Part shown: piece by piece, positions 17,136 through 25,434 of the stretch | How the letters are laid out: each line of letters opens with the position of its first letter | How positions within the stretch are numbered: the first letter of the stretch is position 1 | Source: Acidimicrobiales bacterium | GTDB taxonomy: Bacteria; Actinomycetota; Acidimicrobiia; Acidimicrobiales; GCA-2861595 | Assembly: GCA_035526335.1 (NCBI GenBank) | Contig: DATLCN010000046.1 | Location: 45,251 to 109,250 of the forward strand | DNA length: 64,000 nt | Reading direction: 5' to 3' | Made by a program: the position numbers and the translations under genes | The notes under the pieces: generated by a model | What the model was told of the DNA's origin: nothing | The model's database searches: none | What the model saw: only the letters and a program-made list of their open reading frames with translations

Positions 17136-17903
17136 ATGGCTGAGGTGCCCGAACACCTTCTGCGTCGCTCCCAGGAACGGCGTGCCTTCCTCGGCGGCCA
17201 AGGCGGCGGTGCCTCGTCCGGCGGTGGCGGCGGCGGCGGCGACGCTCCCGCCGATGACCCCGACAAGATCCCGGCCGGGCTGCTCCAGAGCAGTGCCGGC
17301 GGCAGCGCCGGGGGTACGGCCACGGCAACCGCGCCTGTGGCCACCGGCGCGGCAGCTTCCGCAGGTGCGCAGGCGCCGGCCGCCGGCATGGTCGGCCCCG
17401 CCGGGCACACCCAGCGCCTGCTCACCGTGGTGAAGGCCGGCTCCATACAGGACGTCAAAGCCACGCCCACCGACAAGGTGCACGTCTGGCCCCATCTCCT
17501 GGTGGTGGAGTTCGTCGCCACCCTCGCCATGACGGCCTTCGTCTTCGTCTTCTCCGCCTTCGTCAACGCGCCGTTGCTGGGCATGGCCAACCCGAACCTG
17601 ACGCCCAATCCGTCGAAGGCGCCGTGGTACTTCCTCGGTCTTCAGGAGCTGCTGACCATGTTCCACCCGATGGTCGCCGGCGTCACCATCCCCGGCATGG
17701 GCCTGTTCGTGCTCGGTGCCGCCGGCTTCATCGACAAGAACCCCAAGAGCAAGCCGGAGGACCGGAAGTTCGCCATCGCCCTCATGACCATGTTCCTGGT
17801 GTTCTGGGCCACCCTCGTCATCATCGGGTCGTTCTTCCGAGGAGAGGGCTTCAACTTCATCCTTCCCTGGCATCAGGGCGTCCACGAGATCTTCGACCTG
17901 TGA
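17136..17903 (+). CDS. Cytochrome b C-terminal part (subunit IV-like) with a long Gly/Ala-rich N-terminal extension
   Basis: KAPWYFLGLQELL (Qo-site PEWY-equivalent, here A-P-W-Y) followed by TM helices. The N-terminus carries the EVPEHLLRRSQERRA motif plus a poly-Gly/Ala linker. Confidence 0.8.
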   Translation: MAEVPEHLLRRSQERRAFLGGQGGGASSGGGGGGGDAPADDPDKIPAGLLQSSAGGSAGGTATATAPVATGAAASAGAQAPAAGMVGPAGHTQRLLTVVKAGSIQDVKATPTDKVHVWPHLLVVEFVATLAMTAFVFVFSAFVNAPLLGMANPNLTPNPSKAPWYFLGLQELLTMFHPMVAGVTIPGMGLFVLGAAGFIDKNPKSKPEDRKFAIALMTMFLVFWATLVIIGSFFRGEGFNFILPWHQGVHEIFDL

Positions 17904-18050
17904 GTCTCGCCTCGCAAGCGCAGCTCGCTCGGCGGGCTTTGTCGGGCTGCGCCCGACCCGCGGAGCGGGATCGGGCTTCGCACCTCTTTTTCGGGCGGCA
18001 TTTATGGGGCCCGCCTTCGGCGGCGTCGGTGGTCGCCGCCCGGGAGAACC

Positions 18051-18869
18051 ATGTCCGGTAGCGCGATTGTCGTAGTCGCCACCCTCGCCCTCGTCGGGCT
18101 CGGGGCGTTGTTCGTGTTCACGACCTCGTCTCGTCGGGATCGGGTGTCGGCTCTGGGGAAGGCCGACAAGACCGACATCGAGGCTCCAGGACCGTCCGGG
18201 CGGGCCGTGGAGCGCTCCGCCGACGCGGCCAGGGAGGGCGGTGCCGGCCTGGCTGTCGCCCCGACGTCGGCCCCGCTGGCGCTCCGGGCCCCCATGGACA
18301 CGGAGACGCTGGGCGTAACCCGGCGCCAGTTCCTCAACCGCAGCATCGTCAACTTCTTCGGCCTGGGCCTCGCCGGGTTCGGCGCCGCCTCGATCGGGTT
18401 CCTGTGGCCCACCCTGTCGGGCGGCTTCGGGTCGAAGATCAAAGCAGGCAAGCTCGACGAGATCCTGGGCCAGATCCGCACCGAGCGGGCGCCGTACTAC
18501 GTGGCCTCCGCCCGCACGTGGATCACCGTGTTCCCCACCGACGCCGTGGGCAAGGCCGAGAAGGCCTACACCGGCGCCGTTCTCGAGGGAATGAAGGAGG
18601 GAGTGGTGGCCCTTTACCAGAAGTGCGTCCACCTCGGCTGCCGCGTTCCGTGGTGCAAGAGCTCGCAGTGGTTCGAATGTCCCTGCCACGGGTCCAAGTA
18701 CAACCGTGTCGGCGAGAAGAAGGGCGGCCCGGCTCCCCGTGGGCTCGATCGCTTCGGCGTGGAGGTCCAGGGCGGCGTCCTGCTGATCGACACCAAGCAG
18801 ATCATCCAGGGGCCGCCCATCGGAGTCAACACCACCGGCCAGGAGGCTGAAGGGCCTCACTGCGCATGA
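18051..18869 (+). CDS. Rieske [2Fe-2S] iron-sulfur subunit
   Basis: CVHLGC and CPCHGS cluster-binding boxes. A Tat-like TRRQFLN lies ahead of the second TM helix. Confidence 0.9.
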   Translation: MSGSAIVVVATLALVGLGALFVFTTSSRRDRVSALGKADKTDIEAPGPSGRAVERSADAAREGGAGLAVAPTSAPLALRAPMDTETLGVTRRQFLNRSIVNFFGLGLAGFGAASIGFLWPTLSGGFGSKIKAGKLDEILGQIRTERAPYYVASARTWITVFPTDAVGKAEKAYTGAVLEGMKEGVVALYQKCVHLGCRVPWCKSSQWFECPCHGSKYNRVGEKKGGPAPRGLDRFGVEVQGGVLLIDTKQIIQGPPIGVNTTGQEAEGPHCA

Positions 18870-19897
18870 GCGGACCCACGCTGGTGCTGGCCGTCAGCAC
18901 GCAGCAGAAGCTGGCGGCGATCACGGTCATCCTCCTCTTCATCGGATGGCTGGCGTACATAGCCACCCATCTGCGCCGCGCCGAGAAGCCCCCGCCCGGC
19001 TCGGAGATCGAGCTGGCTCCCAACCGGAAGCCCTATTTCGACGACGAGGCGCTGGAGGGCCCCCGGCTCGATCGGGCGCTCACCGGCGCCCTGGTGCTGA
19101 TGGTCACCGTCGCCGTGGGTCTGCCCGTGTACTGGGCCAACGAGCCGGGCCGTCAGGCGGGAGCGGTCCGCGGGTTCGATCACCGCGCCGCCAAGCGGGG
19201 GTTCGTCCTGTTCCAGCCCGCCGATTCTCCAGTGCCCGCCGGCAACATCGGCAAGTTCGGCTGTGGTGGTTGCCACGGCACCGAGGGACAGGGTGGCGCC
19301 GCCACCTACTCCCTCGCCGACCCTCTCCACCCGGACAATCCGCCCCGCCAGGTGCAGTGGGCCGCACCCGCGCTCGACACCGTGGCTCTGCGCTACACGA
19401 AGGACCAGATCAAGGCGGTCCTCGTCTACGGCCGGCTGAACACCCCCATGCCCCCGTGGGGTGTGCTGGGCGGCGGCCCCATGAACGACCAGCAGATCAC
19501 CGACCTCATCGCCTACCTGCAGAGCATCGCCCTCGATCCGGAGAAGGCCCAGAACGCAGCGCTCCAGGAGTTCGGTACCGACGGCGGGAAGTTGTTCAAC
19601 GGCTTCTGCGCCCGCTGCCACACCAAGGGATGGTCGTACGGCGAGCCCGAGCAGGCGGGCGCCGGCGCGTTCGGGCCGCCGCTCACAGGAGGCGCCACCC
19701 TGAACCAGTTCCCGAACGTCAGCGACCACGTCGACTTCATCAGAGAAGGTTCTCCCGGTGATCCGGGCACCCCATACGGCAGGAACTACGGCGAGCGCGG
19801 GGTCCTGGGCTACGAAGGTGGCGGCATGCCGTTCTTCGGCAAGATGCTGACCGCCGAGCAGATAAAGGCCATCGTCGCCTATGAACGGAGCCTGTGA
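18866..19897 (+). CDS. Membrane-anchored dihaem c-type cytochrome
   Basis: Two CxxCH motifs (CGGCH, CARCH). N-terminal TM anchor. ATGA start/stop overlap with the Rieske gene. Confidence 0.8.
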   Translation: MSGPTLVLAVSTQQKLAAITVILLFIGWLAYIATHLRRAEKPPPGSEIELAPNRKPYFDDEALEGPRLDRALTGALVLMVTVAVGLPVYWANEPGRQAGAVRGFDHRAAKRGFVLFQPADSPVPAGNIGKFGCGGCHGTEGQGGAATYSLADPLHPDNPPRQVQWAAPALDTVALRYTKDQIKAVLVYGRLNTPMPPWGVLGGGPMNDQQITDLIAYLQSIALDPEKAQNAALQEFGTDGGKLFNGFCARCHTKGWSYGEPEQAGAGAFGPPLTGGATLNQFPNVSDHVDFIREGSPGDPGTPYGRNYGERGVLGYEGGGMPFFGKMLTAEQIKAIVAYERSL

Positions 19898-20670
19898 TGG
19901 AGGTCCTGCTCGCCGCCTTGAAGTGGGACCCCCAGATCCGTGGCGCGTCCATCGTGCTGGCGGGGATCTTCGTCCTCATGGGCAGCGTGTACCTGTTGCT
20001 CTCCACCAACATGGGTGCTCGGGTCGGTTTCCTCCTGACCGTCGCCGGGATCTCCGGCTGGTTCACGGTGATGGGGGCGGTATGGATGGTCTTCGGCATC
20101 GGGCTCAAGGGTTCGGAACCGGAGTGGAGGGTCCTCGAGGTGATCGACGGGGAGATGGCCCAGTCGACGCAGGACGTGGTGGCCGGGTTCCCCGACAACT
20201 GGAAGTCGCTGAAGTCAGGTGACGCGGGGTTGGCCGACGCCCAGGCCGCTGCTGACCACGTCCTTGCACCGGCGGCGGCCGAGACTGGTGGCCACGGCGA
20301 GGAGGCCGGCGGGGGTGAGCCCGAAGAGAAGTTCGAGTCGCCGTTCAAGAAGACGGACGACTACGTGCTCCTCGACGGCTATCGCAAGGGGGGCGAGAAG
20401 TACCTGCTGACGCTCCGCCACCGGCCCCATTACGCCATCGTGCGGGTGAAGCCGTCGTTCTTCGACAAGGCCGTGCCCGGCCTCAAGCCCCAGTTGGACC
20501 TGACCGCACCGACCACCTCCGTGCTCATGGTCCGTGACCTCGGCAACCTCAGGTTCCCGCCGTTCCTCTTCACGATAGCCTCCGCGATCTTCTTCGGCGT
20601 CACCTGTTACTCGCTCCACCAGAGGGACCGCGAGGTCATGCGCCAGCGGGCGGAGGCGGCTCTGGCGTAG
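19894..20670 (+). CDS. Membrane protein of unknown function, last gene of the bc operon
   Basis: Three N-terminal TM helices and one C-terminal TM helix flank an acidic soluble region. Translationally coupled (GTGATG) to the cytochrome c gene. Confidence 0.5.
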   Translation: MMEVLLAALKWDPQIRGASIVLAGIFVLMGSVYLLLSTNMGARVGFLLTVAGISGWFTVMGAVWMVFGIGLKGSEPEWRVLEVIDGEMAQSTQDVVAGFPDNWKSLKSGDAGLADAQAAADHVLAPAAAETGGHGEEAGGGEPEEKFESPFKKTDDYVLLDGYRKGGEKYLLTLRHRPHYAIVRVKPSFFDKAVPGLKPQLDLTAPTTSVLMVRDLGNLRFPPFLFTIASAIFFGVTCYSLHQRDREVMRQRAEAALA

Positions 20671-20692
20671 CCTCAGCCGGGAGGAGGCCCAC

Positions 20693-21148
20693 ATGAGCGA
20701 GTACCTGCCCATACTGACGATGCTGGTGCTGGCGCTCGTCTTCGCGGCGGGGTCGTTCCTCGCCTCGGCTCTTCTGGCTCCCCGGAAGCCCACGGCGGCC
20801 AAATCGGCGCCCTACGAGTGTGGGATCGTGCCCGACAAGGAGCCGGCGGAGAGATTCCCCGTGCGCTTCTACCTGGTGGCCATGATCTTCATCATCTTCG
20901 ACATCGAGATCATCTTCATCTACCCGTGGGCCGTCATCTTCCGCCAGCTCGAGTTGTTCGGCCTCATCGAGATGGTGGTGTTCGCGGTGGCCGTGTTCGT
21001 CTCGTTCGTGTACCTGATCAGCAACGGGGCCCTCGACTGGGGCCCCGCCCGACCGGAGCGTGCCATCGACCCCATGGGGACCGGCCGCACCAGCGGCTCC
21101 ACCGTCCGGCGGATCAACCGCACCGGCCAGACGGTCGAGGCGGCCTAG
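20693..21148 (+). CDS. nuoA: NADH-quinone oxidoreductase subunit A (copy 1, with C-terminal extension)
   Basis: APYECGI and [11 protein letters not shown] motifs. About 30 extra C-terminal residues compared with copy 2. Confidence 0.92.
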   Translation: MSEYLPILTMLVLALVFAAGSFLASALLAPRKPTAAKSAPYECGIVPDKEPAERFPVRFYLVAMIFIIFDIEIIFIYPWAVIFRQLELFGLIEMVVFAVAVFVSFVYLISNGALDWGPARPERAIDPMGTGRTSGSTVRRINRTGQTVEAA

Positions 21149-21153
21149 CCGTC

Positions 21154-21663
21154 ATGGGCCTGGAATCACTGAACCACAACTTCCTCACGGGGACTCTCGA
21201 GGAGGTGGTCAAGTGGGCCCGCCAGAACAGCCTGTGGCCGGCCACCTTCGGCCTGGCCTGCTGCGCCATCGAGATGATGGCCACCGGCGCCTCGAACTTC
21301 GACATCGCCCGCTTCGGCATGGAGGTGTTCCGATCCTCTCCCCGCCAGGCCGACCTGATGATCGTCGCCGGCCGGGTGAGCCAGAAGATGGCTCCGGTGC
21401 TGCGCCAGGTGTACGACCAGATGATGGAGCCGAAGTGGGTCATCTCCATGGGGGTCTGCGCCTCGTCCGGCGGCATGTTCAACAACTACGCCATCGTCCA
21501 GGGCGTGGACCAGATCGTGCCCGTCGACGTCTACGCCCCCGGCTGCCCTCCGGGCCCGGAGACGCTGCTCCACTCCATCATCACCCTCCACGACAAGATC
21601 CGAACCGGCGAGATCACACGCCGGCCGGGCGGGGCACCGGCGGTCATCGGGCAGCCGGCGTGA
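21154..21663 (+). CDS. nuoB: NADH-quinone oxidoreductase subunit B
   Basis: [23 protein letters not shown] and [10 protein letters not shown] (N2 cluster ligands). Confidence 0.93.
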   Translation: MGLESLNHNFLTGTLEEVVKWARQNSLWPATFGLACCAIEMMATGASNFDIARFGMEVFRSSPRQADLMIVAGRVSQKMAPVLRQVYDQMMEPKWVISMGVCASSGGMFNNYAIVQGVDQIVPVDVYAPGCPPGPETLLHSIITLHDKIRTGEITRRPGGAPAVIGQPA

Positions 21664-22184
21664 GCGAGGCGGGCCAGGAGAGCGAGATCCCCGAGGAGCC
21701 GCCTGCTCCGGAGACGCTCCTCGGCGCTCCCGTCGGCTGGTCGCATGGTCAGCAGGTCGTCCATCCCCCGCGCTCCGGCTACCTCGACACGGTGGAGTCC
21801 CTGTACGGACAGGGTTTCAACCTGTGCAGCGACCTCTGTGCGGTCGACTATCTGGCCCATCTCGGGCGGCCGCTCCCCGAGGGCGTGGGCCCCGAACGGT
21901 TCGAGGTCGTGGTGAACGTCACCTCCCTTGCCCTGCACCGACGCCTCCGGATCCGGGTGCAGGTCCCGGAAGGCGATCCCGTGGTCGCGTCCCTGTTCGC
22001 CATCCACCCCGGAACCGAGGCCATGGAGCGGGAGGCCTACGACCTGATGGGGATCCGATTCGAGGGGCACCCCGACCTGACCAGGATCATGATGCCCGAG
22101 GACTGGGAGGGGCATCCGCTGCGCAAGGACTACTCGGTGGGGCGGGTGCCGGTGCAGTTCAAAGCCGCCCCCCTCGGCCGGTGA
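21660..22184 (+). CDS. nuoC: NADH-quinone oxidoreductase subunit C
   Basis: [21 protein letters not shown]...[15 protein letters not shown] start overlaps the nuoB stop. Confidence 0.9.
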   Translation: MSEAGQESEIPEEPPAPETLLGAPVGWSHGQQVVHPPRSGYLDTVESLYGQGFNLCSDLCAVDYLAHLGRPLPEGVGPERFEVVVNVTSLALHRRLRIRVQVPEGDPVVASLFAIHPGTEAMEREAYDLMGIRFEGHPDLTRIMMPEDWEGHPLRKDYSVGRVPVQFKAAPLGR

Positions 22185-22188
22185 TGAC

Positions 22189-23523
22189 GTGACCGCCACC
22201 GGCCACAACATGGCCGAGACGTCCGAGGGCGCCCAGGAGATGGGCGAGCGCAGCCGCACCGACGCGGCTGAGTTGTTGAGGGAGGAGGGATCGGTCCTGC
22301 GGCTTCCCGAGGGAACCGCCCTCGACCCCGGCGACTACAACCTCGAGTCCGTCGACGAGGACGACACCATGATCATCAACATGGGACCTCAGCACCCGTC
22401 GACCCACGGGGTGCTGCGGGTGATGCTCGAGCTCCAGGGTGAGACCGTCCTTCGTTCCAAGCCCGTCATCGGCTACCTCCACACGGGCATCGAGAAGACC
22501 CAGGAAGAGCTCATGTACATCCAGGGGTCCAGCAACGTGACCCGCATGGACTACCTGGCCAACTTCTTCAACGAGAGCGTGTTTTCCCTCGCGGTGGAGG
22601 CCCTGCTGGAGGTGGAGGTGCCGCCTCGCGCCACCTGGATCCGCATGCTGCTGATGGAGCTGAACCGGGTGTCCTCCCACCTCTTGTTCATGGCCACCAA
22701 CGGGATGGACGTGGGCGCCATCTCGATGATGCTGTACGGCTGGCGGGAACGGGAGACGATCCTGGCCTTCTTCGAGAAGGTGTCGGGGCTGCGGATGAAC
22801 CACAACTTCATCCGCCCGGGCGGTGTCGCCGCCGACCTCCCCGACGGATGGCGCGAAGACGTGCTGGCCATCTGCGACGCCATCCCTCCCAGGCTCGAGG
22901 AGTACGACACCCTCATTACCGGCCAGCCGATCTTCCAGCAGCGCACGCAGGGCGTCGGTGTCCTCCGTGCCGAGCAGGCCATCGCCCTGTCGGCCACGGG
23001 GCCGATCCTGCGGGCCACCGGCACGGCGTGGGACATCCGCCGCGACCTGCCCTACCTGTTCTACGACCAGCTCGAGTTCAACGTCGTGGTCGGCACCTAC
23101 GGTGACGCCTTCGACCGATATGCGGTCCGCCTCAACGAGATGCGGGAGTCGCTCCACATCGTGCGCCAGATCGTCGAGCTCATGCCCTCCGGTGACTACC
23201 GGGTTCAGGACAAGAAGGTGACCCCGCCGCCGCGGGCCCGCATCGACGAATCCATGGAGGCCCTCATCCACCACTTCAAGCTCTTCACCGAAGGATTCAA
23301 GGTTCCCGCGGGCGAGGTGTACGTCGCCGTAGAGTCTCCTCGGGGAGAGCTGGGTGGGTACCTCGTCTCGGACGGCTCGGCCAAGCCCTACCGCTTCCAC
23401 ATGCGTGATCCTTCCTTCGCCAACCTCCAGGCCCTGCCGGTGATGCTGCGGGGAGGAATGGTGGCCGACGCCGTGGCCGTGATCTCCTCCATCGACCCGG
23501 TCATGGGCGGAGTCGACCGATGA
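22189..23523 (+). CDS. nuoD: NADH-quinone oxidoreductase subunit D
   Basis: NMGPQHPSTHGVLR, GYLHTGIEK and a C-terminal SIDPVMGGVDR. Confidence 0.93.
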   Translation: MTATGHNMAETSEGAQEMGERSRTDAAELLREEGSVLRLPEGTALDPGDYNLESVDEDDTMIINMGPQHPSTHGVLRVMLELQGETVLRSKPVIGYLHTGIEKTQEELMYIQGSSNVTRMDYLANFFNESVFSLAVEALLEVEVPPRATWIRMLLMELNRVSSHLLFMATNGMDVGAISMMLYGWRERETILAFFEKVSGLRMNHNFIRPGGVAADLPDGWREDVLAICDAIPPRLEEYDTLITGQPIFQQRTQGVGVLRAEQAIALSATGPILRATGTAWDIRRDLPYLFYDQLEFNVVVGTYGDAFDRYAVRLNEMRESLHIVRQIVELMPSGDYRVQDKKVTPPPRARIDESMEALIHHFKLFTEGFKVPAGEVYVAVESPRGELGGYLVSDGSAKPYRFHMRDPSFANLQALPVMLRGGMVADAVAVISSIDPVMGGVDR

Positions 23524-23536
23524 CGGGCGGGCCTTC

Positions 23537-24130
23537 ATGGCGCGGCTGAATGTCGAGAACGTGCAGCGGGCGAGAGAGCTCATCGCCCTGTACCCGGTGC
23601 CCCGCTCGGCCCTGATCCCGATCCTGCACGTGGCCCAGGAGCAGGACGGCTGGCTCACCCCGGAGGCTGTTTCCCATGTGGCCGAACTGCTCGACCTCAC
23701 TGCCGCCGAGGTGTACGGCACGGCCAGCTTCTACGACATGTTCTTCACCGAGCCGGTGGGGCGTCACCTGGTGTCGGTCTGCACCAACATCGCCTGCCTC
23801 CTCAACGGCGGCTACGAGCTGCTCGAGCATGCCGAGCAGAAGCTCGGCATCAAGGCCGGCGCCACCACCGAGGACGGCGAGTTCACACTCGAAGAGGCGG
23901 AGTGCCTGGCCCTGTGCGGAGCTGCGCCCTGCCTCACCGTCAACTGGCGCTTTTTCGGGCCCGTGACTCCCGAGTCGTTCGACAAGCTCGCCGGCTACCT
24001 GCGCGATGGGGAGCTGGCCCATCAGGTGCCGCCGCACGGCACCCTGTGCCGCGTGCGCCGCTCGGTGGGGCTGCCCGCCCGTAGCGCCGGCGAGGCCGGC
24101 CCGGGCGTGGACAGCGGGGGGACCGCCTGA
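23537..24130 (+). CDS. nuoE: NADH-quinone oxidoreductase subunit E
   Basis: Thioredoxin-like [2Fe-2S] pattern VCTNIAC ... ECLALCGAAPC. Confidence 0.9.
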   Translation: MARLNVENVQRARELIALYPVPRSALIPILHVAQEQDGWLTPEAVSHVAELLDLTAAEVYGTASFYDMFFTEPVGRHLVSVCTNIACLLNGGYELLEHAEQKLGIKAGATTEDGEFTLEEAECLALCGAAPCLTVNWRFFGPVTPESFDKLAGYLRDGELAHQVPPHGTLCRVRRSVGLPARSAGEAGPGVDSGGTA

Positions 24131-25434
24131 TGCCGCTCACCGATGCGCGACCCATCGTCACCCGCCGGGTCTCCGTCCCCGAGTCGTGGACGCTGAAGGC
24201 GTACCTGGAGAACGGCGGCTACGTTGGTTTGCGCAAGGCCCTGACCATGGAGCCCGAAGCCATCACCCAGGAGGTTCTCGCCTCCAACCTCCTCGGTCGC
24301 GGCGGCGCCGGCTTCGAGGCGGGCAAGAAGTGGTCGATGCTGCGAAAAGCGCAGCCCGTGTACCTCGTGGTCAACGGCGACGAGAGCGAGCCGGCCACGT
24401 TCAAGGACCACATGCTCCTCGAGGCCGACCCCCACCAGATCCTCGAAGGCGTGGTGATCTGCGCCTACGCCGTGGGGGCTGCCCAGGCCTTCGTCTACGT
24501 CCGTGGCGAATTCGCCCTCGGCCTCGAGCGGATGACCGAGGCGGTCAACGAGGCTTACGAGCACGGCGCCGTCGGCCGCGACATCTTCGGGTCGGGGTTC
24601 TCCGTGGACGTCGTGGTCCATCCCGGTGCGGGTGCCTACATCTGCGGCGAGGAGACCGCCCTGATCGAGAGCCTGGAGGGCAAGAGAGGCTTTCCCCGGA
24701 TCAAGCCCCCGTTCTTCCCCGCCGCCATCGGGCTTTACGGCGCGCCCACGGTGGTCAACAACGTGGAGACGATGTCCAACCTGCCGTGGATCGTCGAGCA
24801 CGGCGGAGCGGCATTCGCCGCCCTCGGCATCGGGCGGTCGACGGGAACCCGGATCTTCTCCCTGTCGGGACACGTGAAGCGGCCCGGCAACTACGAGGTG
24901 GAGATGGCCAAGGTCACGTTCCGGGACCTGATCGAGGATCCGAGGCTGGGTGGCGGAATCCGCGACGGCAACCAACTGAAGGCGTTCATCCCGGGTGGGG
25001 TCTCGGCCCCGTGGTTCTCCCCCGACCAGGTCGACATGGCTCTCGACCAGGACGCGGTAGGCAAGGCGGGATCCATGCTTGGCTCCGGCTCCGTGGTGAT
25101 CATGGACCACACCACCTGCGCGGTGCGGGCCGTGTGGCGCATCACCCGCTTCTTCCACCGGGAGTCGTGCGGCCAGTGCACGCCCTGCCGCGAGGGGAGC
25201 GGGTGGCTGGAAAAGATCATGCGGCGCATCGAGCAGGGTGCAGGGCGCGAGGAGGACCTCGAGTTGCTGCTCGACGTCTGCGACAACATCGCCCCTGGCC
25301 TCGGCTGGCCGCCCCAGCAGACCACCATCTGCGTGCTCGGTCCCTCGATTCCGTCCTCCATCAAATCCGGCGTGAACATGTTCCGCGACGAGTTCCTCAC
25401 CCACGTCAAAGAAGGGGCCTGCCCCTATGGCTGA
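24130..25434 (+). CDS. nuoF: NADH-quinone oxidoreductase subunit F
   Basis: GRGGAGFEAGKKW (FMN/NADH site), NGDESEPATFKD and ESCGQCTPCREG (N3 cluster). Confidence 0.94.
   Translation: MPLTDARPIVTRRVSVPESWTLKAYLENGGYVGLRKALTMEPEAITQEVLASNLLGRGGAGFEAGKKWSMLRKAQPVYLVVNGDESEPATFKDHMLLEADPHQILEGVVICAYAVGAAQAFVYVRGEFALGLERMTEAVNEAYEHGAVGRDIFGSGFSVDVVVHPGAGAYICGEETALIESLEGKRGFPRIKPPFFPAAIGLYGAPTVVNNVETMSNLPWIVEHGGAAFAALGIGRSTGTRIFSLSGHVKRPGNYEVEMAKVTFRDLIEDPRLGGGIRDGNQLKAFIPGGVSAPWFSPDQVDMALDQDAVGKAGSMLGSGSVVIMDHTTCAVRAVWRITRFFHRESCGQCTPCREGSGWLEKIMRRIEQGAGREEDLELLLDVCDNIAPGLGWPPQQTTICVLGPSIPSSIKSGVNMFRDEFLTHVKEGACPYG

Noticed and set aside
17136-17195. Reading the ERRAFLG / ERRAALG part of the shared N-terminal motif as a twin-arginine (Tat) signal.
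   Set aside because: RR-x-F-L is present, but no hydrophobic h-region follows. Instead there is a 60-90 residue Gly/Ala/Ser/Pro/Asp-rich linker. The genuine Tat-like signal in this operon is on the Rieske protein (TRRQFLN followed by a TM helix).
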